Source: Bdellovibrionales bacterium
GTDB taxonomy: Bacteria > Bdellovibrionota > Bdellovibrionia > Bdellovibrionales > UBA840
Assembly (NCBI GenBank): GCA_037969075.1
Contig: JBBKWS010000146.1
Coordinates: forward strand, 1-20,275
Length of the DNA stretch: 20,275 nucleotides
Reading direction: 5' to 3'
In this document: positions 8,631-17,561 of the stretch, one piece after another
Numbering within the stretch: position 1 is the first letter of the stretch
Layout: every line of letters starts with the position of its first letter
Program-made: the position numbers and the translations under genes
The notes under the pieces: model-generated
What the model saw: the letters and a program-made list of their open reading frames with translations, nothing else
The model's database searches: none
Told to the model about the DNA's origin: nothing

Positions 8631-11600
8631 TTGATCATTTTTATACTCACTTTACAGTTTCTATTTGCCCAGAATTTAAGTGATTTACCGGGCCTAATAC
8701 CGCTCACTTCCATCCGCCAAGCCTCATCAGACTTAGTTTATAATGGAAAAATGCTTAGCCCAGATGAGGCTAGAGTACTTGTAGCTAATGAAAAAATAAA
8801 AGATTTATCCTTACTTGATCCAGACTCCACTTCTATCTTGTGGCAAACGAAAATAGGTTGGAGTGGCGAGCCAGATGTGTTCCCTAAAAATCCTGAGGCC
8901 GAAACCACTATTGATCTTACAAGGCCATTTGAGTTCTTAGAAAACACTCCTGAAGCCGTAGGAAGATTTGGTTTTGCTATTTCGCAAAAAGATACCCTTG
9001 GAACATTAAGGACCTATCGTGTTCGCTTAGATACAAGAAACCATAATGTTCTACTTAGACGAAACCTTCTACGTAAACTTGGCTATAATATCCCTTCCAC
9101 TATCTATGCCCCCAAACTTACAATTACATTTAAAGGTGATTTTAGTAGAGATGGGTTTTTACATGATCTTAAAAAATCTACCTTTTTAGAGACTGAGCGC
9201 TGGGGTGCGGAACAATCGCCTTCTCAAATTATTTTGACTGATGCCATTATTTTTCCTGGGGCTGAAGATAGTTTTTATAACCTCGCCCGCGGTGATATGA
9301 CTACTGCTGCCATACAGAATCGACGATTGCTAAATGCACTACTAGTTCCCTTTAATTTTACTGATGTGACAGAAAGTGTAAACGTATTTTCATGGAACCC
9401 AGGAAAGGTTTTTAATAAGCAACTATCATTGCCATTTGAAGAAAGTTTTATATTTTCTACCTCATATGAAGACGCAAGATGGATTACTAGAAAAATTTTA
9501 AGTTTAAAAACTTCTGACTTTGAAGAAATTGTAGCTAACGCTAACTACCCTATCGAAATTGAAAAATTAATTACGCAAAAATTAATTTCAAGACGTAATT
9601 TTTTAGCAAAACACCTTAATTTAGAAAATGAGTATAAAGAACTGCCTGTAGATACAAAAGTATCTTATGGTGATAAATTAAAAGATGGAAAGCTTGCCGT
9701 AGCAGATTGGCCAGGTTATGCACAAAAGTTTGCTTACGGTGATCCTGATGAACCTTTATCTGGTGACGAACTTTTTGCCTTTTTTAAATCTAAAGGCATT
9801 AGTAATATTTTATCCAATGTTGTAAGTCAGTTTAATGATAGGTATCTACCTAGAACAGATTTAGGATTTAAAATTTTTGATCACCAATTAGATTTAGCAG
9901 TAGAGCAATTCGCTGAATTTATTCAAACTGGGCAGATTAAAAAAACTCCTTTTGCTTTTTGGTCTACTACCTTTTTCAATACAAATATTATAGCAAGTCG
10001 AGAGATAGTAACAGGTAGCTATCTAGGAACAGACAACTTAGTGCAGATTGCAGATGTCATAGGGTTTAGTGTTGATGCAGGTTTATATATTGGTACTGAT
10101 GGCACACCCTCTCCGTTTAACTTGAGTGCTGGGCTTAGAGGTTTTGTGACAAGAACCTACGCCCATGTAAAGCCAATAAACAGTATAAAGTTGGCGCTTA
10201 AAGAACCGTTTAGAAATATTCTTGTACCAAAACTCAAAAGTGACTTGGGAAGAAAATTACAGGCTGTATTAACGCCCGAGTTCCAACAGCTAGAGCAAAA
10301 TGAAAAACAAAAATTATTATCTGAAACCCTCAGGGAGTTTAAAGACAGCCTAAAGGTTGGTGAATCAATCATTATGACCACCAGTTTAGGTGGAGCATTA
10401 AGCATAAACCCTTCTATGGGTCTTACCAGCAGGGCCGCTGTGTATAGCTCGTGGTCAGCTTCACAAACAGTTTTAAATCGTCTACATATTTTTAGGCGGG
10501 ATGACAACACTATTCAGGTTTTTAAAGATCCAGCACACTTAACCACAGGAAGCATCTCTATAGGTTTAGAAGCATACATTCCAATAGTTACTTTTAGATT
10601 TACCAAAAAAGGTGGAAAGGCAGAAACCAAGTTTTTTACTATAAATATAAATAGTAAGCTTGATGAGAATCCCGAAGCTGTAGATCATGTTAGGTCTCTT
10701 GCAAGATTGCTTTCTCGCTCTAAAACTGATGCGCTTGAGGTACAGCAAAAACCATATGTTATTAATCACAAGTTCAATGAAACCAGCTCTCAGTGGAATA
10801 TATTTATATCTAGATACTTATCTTTAAAATCTGAAGATTGGATTTCAGTAAAACATCCCAATGGTTTTACTAAAAACTATTTGCGCCGCACAACTGGCCG
10901 CAGAAGCGGCAGAAATTACGAAGCATTATCTATTGATGTAATCAACTCACTTGTTCGCGAATACTCGCAAGAGGATATCTTAATAGCCAGTAATAATAGC
11001 GGTGACCCTGGGGACAGCTTTAAAGGAAACTCGGTATCTGAATTATTTAGCTTTGAAACTGAAATTAAATCAGAAAATGGCAGAGACTGGTTTTCTGACC
11101 CATATATAAATCTGAACTATAAATGGAGAAATTGGGATATCAGCAAAGAGAAGCTCTTGTCTCTTATTTTTGATATCAACAGCCAATTTGGCTATGAATT
11201 TTTTCATGACGATGATTTGCAGCAAACTCAAAGTATAAAACTTAGTACTGTAGAATTAAATGTAAATATCTATGAAGAAGGCATTAAGTATCTTACTAAC
11301 TTTACTAGAAAAGAAATTGAACAAATTTTTGCCACTGATAATGTTTGCCCAACCTACCCGATCACTCCTGGCGATCAGCCTGGTTCGCAAATTAGACGCC
11401 TTCGCGAAGAAAGAGATGCTAGAAGAGAGATTATGTATACATCCATATTTGGCGGAATATTTGAAAAGTTCCAAAAAGCCTATGCCGATGGTGATCCCGA
11501 TAAAACATTTGAATACCTAAGTAAGTTCGTGACCTTTGGTGAAAGAATGTTGCCAGCAAAAGTTTTTTATTCTTTGTTTGGTGGAGAGAATAACCTTTTT

Positions 11601-11780
11601 GTAAGATCTCAAATTGTTGGATTCAGAGAGGGGGACGAAAGAGAAGGTCGCGGTCTAACTAGCAATACCTACGGCGAAATTGGCAGCCAAAAAGGTAATG
11701 GTCCACTTAGAGAGATTCAAAATAAAATTGGTATTTCAGAGAGCGAATTTTTTATCTACTGGTTACTTAATAAAATATAG
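8631..11780 (+). CDS. Large secreted hypothetical protein (1049 aa), possible degenerate atypical-kinase-like N-terminal domain
   Basis: Long uninterrupted ORF, TTG start with SD AGGGGG 5 nt upstream, short signal peptide (..LFA-Q). Motifs LLRKLGYNIP and SYEDARWITRKI...ANYP...KLISRRN. Confidence refers to the CDS; the function is speculative. Confidence 0.85.
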   Translation: MIIFILTLQFLFAQNLSDLPGLIPLTSIRQASSDLVYNGKMLSPDEARVLVANEKIKDLSLLDPDSTSILWQTKIGWSGEPDVFPKNPEAETTIDLTRPFEFLENTPEAVGRFGFAISQKDTLGTLRTYRVRLDTRNHNVLLRRNLLRKLGYNIPSTIYAPKLTITFKGDFSRDGFLHDLKKSTFLETERWGAEQSPSQIILTDAIIFPGAEDSFYNLARGDMTTAAIQNRRLLNALLVPFNFTDVTESVNVFSWNPGKVFNKQLSLPFEESFIFSTSYEDARWITRKILSLKTSDFEEIVANANYPIEIEKLITQKLISRRNFLAKHLNLENEYKELPVDTKVSYGDKLKDGKLAVADWPGYAQKFAYGDPDEPLSGDELFAFFKSKGISNILSNVVSQFNDRYLPRTDLGFKIFDHQLDLAVEQFAEFIQTGQIKKTPFAFWSTTFFNTNIIASREIVTGSYLGTDNLVQIADVIGFSVDAGLYIGTDGTPSPFNLSAGLRGFVTRTYAHVKPINSIKLALKEPFRNILVPKLKSDLGRKLQAVLTPEFQQLEQNEKQKLLSETLREFKDSLKVGESIIMTTSLGGALSINPSMGLTSRAAVYSSWSASQTVLNRLHIFRRDDNTIQVFKDPAHLTTGSISIGLEAYIPIVTFRFTKKGGKAETKFFTININSKLDENPEAVDHVRSLARLLSRSKTDALEVQQKPYVINHKFNETSSQWNIFISRYLSLKSEDWISVKHPNGFTKNYLRRTTGRRSGRNYEALSIDVINSLVREYSQEDILIASNNSGDPGDSFKGNSVSELFSFETEIKSENGRDWFSDPYINLNYKWRNWDISKEKLLSLIFDINSQFGYEFFHDDDLQQTQSIKLSTVELNVNIYEEGIKYLTNFTRKEIEQIFATDNVCPTYPITPGDQPGSQIRRLREERDARREIMYTSIFGGIFEKFQKAYADGDPDKTFEYLSKFVTFGERMLPAKVFYSLFGGENNLFVRSQIVGFREGDEREGRGLTSNTYGEIGSQKGNGPLREIQNKIGISESEFFIYWLLNKI

Positions 11781-11787
11781 AGGTTGC

Positions 11788-14700
11788 ATGAAAAATTTAT
11801 TTTTACTCATATTACTTGTACTACAGGCAGATTTTTTTGAAAATCCTGTATACACATATTACATAGAGTTTAAAAACCCTCCATCACAACAAGATGTTTT
11901 GTTGGTCACAGACTCATACCCCATTATAAATATTGAAAAATTCTATAGTCGCGAGGGCGATTATTGGGTTAAGTACTACCAAGTAGAATCACACAATAAT
12001 CAGCTAGATAACTTATTAAAAGGTAACTCACTGTTAGCGCGCATTGAAAGGCCCGTAGCCGCTTCTGCTTTTTCTCTTGAGCCAAGTCAAGACGGTGTGG
12101 CAGCCAGTAATGATACGTTTATACGCTACCAATGGGCTCTTGATAATAATGGACAGACCTTCTATAGATCCACTGATGATATACACCCAGAGATTGCAAC
12201 ATCTAAACCTGGTTTTGATGTACAGTGGAAAGCCCTACAAAAACTATTAGACAAACGCTCTGACCTACGTAGACCTGTCATCGCAGTTATTGATTCCGGC
12301 CTATCATATACGCACGACGAAATAACCCACGCATTATACAAAAATGATATTGAGTGTAAAAATGGAAATCGAATCGATGGCACAGATGAGGATAAAGACA
12401 TTAATGGCTTTGCCGGAGACTGTTTGGGGTGGAACTTTACTACCAATAACAAGCGCCAACGAAATAATGTTCTTGATGATATCGGGCACGGTACTCACAT
12501 AGCTGGAATCATTTCTGCCAAAAAAAATGATGTAGGTATTTCTGGGTTATGGGATCAAATTCAAATTTTACCCTTAAAAGTATATTCGAACTCAAAAGAA
12601 AAAGACTCTGACTTATTTATACAATCAGTAGCCAAAGCTGTTCTTTACGCAATCGACCGAAAGGTAGATGTAATCAACCTAAGCTTAGGTTGGCCATTAG
12701 TATCTGATATACCCGTAATTAGAAATGCCCTTAAAGCTGCCATGGATGCTAATATTACTATTGTAGCGGGCGCCGGAAACGATGGTCATGCTGCCAAAGT
12801 ACTTCCCTGTTCTTATGAGGGTGTAATTTGCGTAGGAGCAACTGCCATTGATGGTGGCCTGCCAGGATTTACAAACTATGGTGGACAAGTAGATATCATG
12901 GCTCCGGGTGAGGCAATACTAAGCCTATATCCCCCTCTGCTAATATCAAAGCAATTTGGTTTACGTAAATATAATATTATGAATGGTACCAGCCAATCTA
13001 CGCCTTATGTAAGTGCCACGGCGGCAGTTTTAAAATCATACTTTCCTGGAATTACAAACAACGAAATACTCGCCAGATTGAACCTCAGTGCAAATACCAA
13101 AGGTTTAGATTGGGGTAATAAATTTGCAGCCTCTGGCCTTTTACAAGCGGCAAGTGCCATAACTACTAGTAATCAACCTTATGTGGCACCCATTTTTAAA
13201 AAAATAGATCTTTTTTTAGTTAACTTATTAAAGCAAGAGGTAAACATATCAATTCCAATTAAAAACTATTGGAAAACATCAGGTAATATAAAGATAACTA
13301 TTGAAAGTGATGACTTTATACTTTCAAAAAATACATTTACCCTACCTCCGCTTGCAAGCAATGAAACTAAAACTATTCAGTTGCAGGCAAAACTCCCAAG
13401 TGTTGACTCTGATTACCTAGCTAAACTTAAAATTACTATTACAGAAGGCGATAAATCCACCAGCTTTACTCATCAAGGATTTTTGTCGGTAGACATTGAT
13501 CAAGTTAAATTTAAGGACCTATTAGTAGAATCAACTTTACCAATTCAAAGTGTAAACGATTATGAGGCTGATAGCTTAAATGCTGAGTTTTTCTATACTG
13601 AAAAAACGAACTCTGGCACCAATATCCAGATTTTACGGGCCAATCAAACTAAAATTTATAAAGCCGCTGCAATCGAATTACCCAACGTGGTCGCCCTTTA
13701 TCCTTATATAGGTGTTACTCGAGTAGATCTAAATTATGACAATGACTTGGATTACTTCATAACAGCAATTACTGAAATAGACGGTGTTAGTTCGATCGTT
13801 CATTTTTGCCTAGATAAAAATTTAAAACCTTTGTTCGGTAAATATTCAAAATGGATCTTTAAAGACGAGGGAATCCTGATACAACAAACCTCCCTAGCTT
13901 TTGCTAACTTTACTTCACCAGCACTTGGCAAAGTTAGAGTGCCTGTATTTTTAGGCGACAAGGTCGTTCCTGGTCTTGATCAAAACCTCGATCCCTTTGA
14001 GCCTTTTACTCTCAAAGGACGTGGCTTATATGTTTTACAGCCTCAAGTTAATGGTGATTCTATAGTTCTCACCACCAGACTGTTAAACAATTATGAACGA
14101 TTAAATACAATTAGTAAGCGCTTTTCACTTCGTTTTAACGAAGAGAGTTCTCTGCTTTACTATGATATCAGTACTGAGAATATTCGTGTTATTTTTGCAT
14201 CTGGGTTGGGTGTTAATCTTAAGTATTACAGCATTGAGTATAGCCCTACGGATTTCTCTATTTTATCTAGCAAAGAGTTAAAATTAGGTCATGTTGATCT
14301 GAGGTATCAAGTAAGTAAAAAACTAAACGACAATACCGTCGCTTTCTTTGGTATTTTTAGAAATAACTTTGCAACCCTAACTTTGGTTGATCTTGCGACC
14401 GAAAAAGTTAGTTCGTATGAAATTGAAAGTGATTCCATTAAAAATGGTGTTGTATCTTTATATGCCGTAAATAGAAAATCTGACCGTGTTGAGGCTTTTA
14501 TTGAGACTGTGGATTCACTTTTCTTATTTACTTTTATGGATAATGGCAGTCTTACAAAATCAGCCACACCAATTCATAGATTCAGTTATTTTCCAGGTAG
14601 ATTTTTTACTGATATATTATTTCCCATACGCTTAAATGAGGACGACACAGCAATTTACGTGGACTCAACCTTCATCAATGGTGGCAATGTGCACGTATGG

Positions 14701-14868
14701 GTCTCTGCTGCCGCGCTGACGGCGCCAATCAAGTACAGCATGCAAGTACCTAAAAACTGCGTAGCTCTTAACCCACGCAAACTACTCGCGCAAGATGACA
14801 ATTTGTCCTATTTATTTTTATGTAAAAATGGTGAGGTACTTAGCCTTAGACAAATTCCTTTGAATTAA
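11788..14868 (+). CDS. S8 subtilisin-like serine protease with long C-terminal extension
   Basis: Triad motifs VIAVIDSG, GHGTHIAG and MNGTSQSTP, and oxyanion motif AGNDG. Start moved to ATG 11788 (MKNLFLLILL signal peptide, GAGG SD), 7 nt after the upstream stop. Confidence 0.95.
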   Translation: MKNLFLLILLVLQADFFENPVYTYYIEFKNPPSQQDVLLVTDSYPIINIEKFYSREGDYWVKYYQVESHNNQLDNLLKGNSLLARIERPVAASAFSLEPSQDGVAASNDTFIRYQWALDNNGQTFYRSTDDIHPEIATSKPGFDVQWKALQKLLDKRSDLRRPVIAVIDSGLSYTHDEITHALYKNDIECKNGNRIDGTDEDKDINGFAGDCLGWNFTTNNKRQRNNVLDDIGHGTHIAGIISAKKNDVGISGLWDQIQILPLKVYSNSKEKDSDLFIQSVAKAVLYAIDRKVDVINLSLGWPLVSDIPVIRNALKAAMDANITIVAGAGNDGHAAKVLPCSYEGVICVGATAIDGGLPGFTNYGGQVDIMAPGEAILSLYPPLLISKQFGLRKYNIMNGTSQSTPYVSATAAVLKSYFPGITNNEILARLNLSANTKGLDWGNKFAASGLLQAASAITTSNQPYVAPIFKKIDLFLVNLLKQEVNISIPIKNYWKTSGNIKITIESDDFILSKNTFTLPPLASNETKTIQLQAKLPSVDSDYLAKLKITITEGDKSTSFTHQGFLSVDIDQVKFKDLLVESTLPIQSVNDYEADSLNAEFFYTEKTNSGTNIQILRANQTKIYKAAAIELPNVVALYPYIGVTRVDLNYDNDLDYFITAITEIDGVSSIVHFCLDKNLKPLFGKYSKWIFKDEGILIQQTSLAFANFTSPALGKVRVPVFLGDKVVPGLDQNLDPFEPFTLKGRGLYVLQPQVNGDSIVLTTRLLNNYERLNTISKRFSLRFNEESSLLYYDISTENIRVIFASGLGVNLKYYSIEYSPTDFSILSSKELKLGHVDLRYQVSKKLNDNTVAFFGIFRNNFATLTLVDLATEKVSSYEIESDSIKNGVVSLYAVNRKSDRVEAFIETVDSLFLFTFMDNGSLTKSATPIHRFSYFPGRFFTDILFPIRLNEDDTAIYVDSTFINGGNVHVWVSAAALTAPIKYSMQVPKNCVALNPRKLLAQDDNLSYLFLCKNGEVLSLRQIPLN

Positions 14869-14872
14869 ATTC

Positions 14873-15748
14873 TTACGGTGAGTACTTAAAACACTCCTCA
14901 GACATTTCCTGAGGGGTCTCATATTTTTTTGTTGCCCAATTATAGACCTCTCTTGATTTCCAATCAAAACAAGTGATCGGATTATCTACAAATACCTGGT
15001 CTCCCATAGCGTCCACGCTAGTTGGTATATCTTCTGTTTTATAAATACAGATTTTGAAATCTAAAGATATATTTTTTGCACTAAGCACACGCTCATTATC
15101 AGCGTACATCATATCTAAAAATGCTGATCCAGGTCTATCTACTACATATAACTTTGGATGCAAGGGTGGATAAGTAAACCCTAATAGGCGCTCTGTTTCT
15201 GATTGTTTAGAAATAGGTATCCCGTTACTGTCAAAATTTTCAATCATATTCCAGCGATAAAAACCATGTCTAGAAACTCTAGTCATGCGCTCATAGTCTT
15301 CAGGGAACGGGCTGTTATACATTGGGTCTTTATCATCTGAATCAATGATCCACTCTTTTTGTACCCACACCCTTGCTGGCCCTCCCGGAGACTCATTGTG
15401 GACCTGACGTGCATATGGAAAGAATGTTCTTAACTTTCCATCTTTCATAAAATTGCCGTACACACAGCCCTTAACATATTGAACAACACCGTAATTCTCG
15501 AGAGAGGCTATCTTGTCTGTTTCAAAGGACAAGAACATTGTGTCACCATAATTGTAAGCGCCCTCGCCGTATCGATCGGTAAAATCCGCAACCCATCTTT
15601 GTGCAGAAATCCTAGCTCCCTTTAAATCGCATGTTTGGTTGGCTATGCAGGATTGATTCTTCCAAGATGCTGTTGCGGCTGGATAATAGTCAACACTACC
15701 CGCAAAGGTCACTGCACTAAGAATATATATATATATTGCGATCCCCAT
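14873..15748 (-). CDS. Secreted hypothetical protein with several Cys
   Basis: 291-aa ORF, SD AGGGGG, short signal peptide (..VTFA-G). No family recognised. Confidence 0.8.
   Translation of the reverse strand: MGIAIYIYILSAVTFAGSVDYYPAATASWKNQSCIANQTCDLKGARISAQRWVADFTDRYGEGAYNYGDTMFLSFETDKIASLENYGVVQYVKGCVYGNFMKDGKLRTFFPYARQVHNESPGGPARVWVQKEWIIDSDDKDPMYNSPFPEDYERMTRVSRHGFYRWNMIENFDSNGIPISKQSETERLLGFTYPPLHPKLYVVDRPGSAFLDMMYADNERVLSAKNISLDFKICIYKTEDIPTSVDAMGDQVFVDNPITCFDWKSREVYNWATKKYETPQEMSEECFKYSP
15723..15736. repeat. (AT)7 dinucleotide tract within signal-peptide codons
   Basis: ATATATATATATAT encodes IYIYI at codons 5-9 of the 14873-15748 gene. Confidence 0.9.
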
Positions 15749-15881
15749 AATTTCCCCCTAAGTACTAATAATTAGATCATGATAAATTTTACCTATCTAG
15801 CTATTTTTATAATTAGAGAACCTATTGAAGGTTGTGTTAGTTTAATTATGGGGTACACACTTTACTTTTTGAGCTCAGAAC

Positions 15882-15890
15882 TGGTACACT
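15882..15890 (+). promoter_or_regulatory. Putative extended -10 promoter for a leaderless mRNA (MFS gene)
   Basis: TGG-TACACT (TGn plus -10), then 6 nt to ATG 15897. No SD sequence. Confidence 0.55.
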
Positions 15891-15896
15891 GCTTTG

Positions 15897-17108
15897 ATGC
15901 CTAAACTTAGATTATCATTCGAAGCAAAACTTATTTTTATATTAAGCGTTTTAGTTGCTTTTGGCCCAATGAGCATTGATATGTATTTACCCGCCTTCTC
16001 GGCGATGGCCCATGATTTTAAAGTTGATGTATCTCTAGTACAATACACCTTAGCATCTTTTAATGTCGGCATAGCCTTAGGACAATTGTTTTATGGCCCA
16101 TTATCAGACCAATTTGGAAGAAGAGGGGTTCTACTATGCGGTATGCTAATTTATATTGTGGCTTCAATTGGTTGTGCTCTAGTTGTCGATATCGACCACA
16201 TGATTTATTTACGATTTCTACAAGCTATTGGCGGCTGCGCAGGAATGGTAACCGCCAGAGCTGTAGTTAGGGATACTTTTAACGGAAATCAAGCTGCGCG
16301 AGTGTTTTCTACAATGATGTTAATAATGGGAGTAGCCCCAATCATTGCCCCGACATTAGGTGGCCTTGCTCTTTTATACTTTAATTGGAGATTTATTTTT
16401 TGGTTCTTAGGACTGATTAGTGCCATTGCAATGGTTGCAGTTTATTTTTATTTACCAGAAACTTTGCCTGCTGAAAAAAGAAACCCACACGCGGCAAAAA
16501 AATCTCTAAGTACGTATTATGCTATTTTCCATGATAAACTCTTTGTTGGTTACGCACTATCGGCAGGCCTTCTTCAGGGCGCCATGTTTGCCTATATAAC
16601 TGGTTCTTCATTTGTGTTTGTTGAGATATTTAATTTTACCGAGCAGCAATATGGATTACTATTTGGCTTGAATGCTTGCGGATTAATTGCAACATCTCAA
16701 ATCAATCGCTTCTTATTACAAAAAATGACCTATAATAAAATTCTACTTAGAGCCTTTGTCCTTAACTTTATTGCGTCTGTAGCTTTATTTGTCTGTGCTA
16801 CGACAGATACCTTCTCGATTTATGGTGTCGTTGTCCCTCTATTTGTTATGGTCTCTACCATGGGGATCGTATTTCCAAACTCAAGCGTTGGATCATTGAT
16901 TCATCAATCTGCCAGAGCTGGCAGTGCTTCTGCCTTACTTGGAACAATTATGTTTAGCTGCGGTGCTGTCGCAGCCTTTTCTGTAAGTTTTCTTTATGAC
17001 AAAACAATATTTCCAATGGTTATCGTGATCTTAATTTGTTCAAGCTTAGGCTTAATAACCTCATTGTGGCTGCGCAAAAATTTAATCCGCGCCAAAGAAC
17101 TAATCTAG
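15897..17108 (+). CDS. MFS drug efflux transporter, Bcr/CflA family
   Basis: GPMSIDMYLPAF, GQLFYGPLSDQFGRR, RFLQAIGG, ARAVVRD, APIIAPTLGG, LPETL, AGSASALLG. ATG 15897 preferred over TTG 15894. Confidence 0.96.
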   Translation: MPKLRLSFEAKLIFILSVLVAFGPMSIDMYLPAFSAMAHDFKVDVSLVQYTLASFNVGIALGQLFYGPLSDQFGRRGVLLCGMLIYIVASIGCALVVDIDHMIYLRFLQAIGGCAGMVTARAVVRDTFNGNQAARVFSTMMLIMGVAPIIAPTLGGLALLYFNWRFIFWFLGLISAIAMVAVYFYLPETLPAEKRNPHAAKKSLSTYYAIFHDKLFVGYALSAGLLQGAMFAYITGSSFVFVEIFNFTEQQYGLLFGLNACGLIATSQINRFLLQKMTYNKILLRAFVLNFIASVALFVCATTDTFSIYGVVVPLFVMVSTMGIVFPNSSVGSLIHQSARAGSASALLGTIMFSCGAVAAFSVSFLYDKTIFPMVIVILICSSLGLITSLWLRKNLIRAKELI

Positions 17109-17118
17109 TCTATTTTAT

Positions 17119-17147
17119 TTGTTTTAATAGTTTTTAATACGTACCAT
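17119..17147 (+). promoter_or_regulatory. Putative sigma70 promoter for a leaderless mRNA (17154 gene)
   Basis: TTGTTT-17 nt-TACCAT, then 6 nt to ATG 17154. No SD sequence. Confidence 0.5.
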
Positions 17148-17153
17148 ACCGGT

Positions 17154-17561
17154 ATGATGCTTTTAAACATTCTATTTCCCTCATGGAAATTTTTTGATCG
17201 TGCTGGCCCTGTGGCCACTCTATCTTATCAAATTATTAATTCAGATGAATCAAAATGGATCCCTTGCTTTACATCAGAAAAAAGAACGTTTTTGCACTTA
17301 GTTTTAAACCCCAAGGGAAATATTTATTTATCTAAGCAAGGCCTTGTGGATAATCTAGTAACTGAGATAAATAGTATGTCTAATGAAGCTGCAGGGGCAG
17401 ACGCAGTCACCAATACAAAAAGTTACCGATTAATTGTCCGCCTAATACAGTTTTCATTAAAAGAACGAGGAACTAAGGCTGTAAATTTTCGTTTTAAAGT
17501 TAGCGTTAAGACCGAAAAAGAAATTTATGATGCCATCACATCTAACGAGATCACCTTATGA
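17154..17561 (+). CDS. Small HTTM-partner protein (SdpA/DUF5819-like by motif)
   Basis: N-terminal LFPSWKFFD motif. ATGA overlap with the downstream HTTM gene. Confidence 0.65.
   Translation: MMLLNILFPSWKFFDRAGPVATLSYQIINSDESKWIPCFTSEKRTFLHLVLNPKGNIYLSKQGLVDNLVTEINSMSNEAAGADAVTNTKSYRLIVRLIQFSLKERGTKAVNFRFKVSVKTEKEIYDAITSNEITL

Noticed and set aside
11680..11787. N-terminal extension of the S8 ORF in the track
   Set aside because: It overlaps the upstream gene by about 100 nt; ATG 11788 has an SD and a signal peptide.
8738..14567. Short ORFs within the 1049-aa gene and the subtilase
   Set aside because: Shadow ORFs of long coding regions with no independent evidence.
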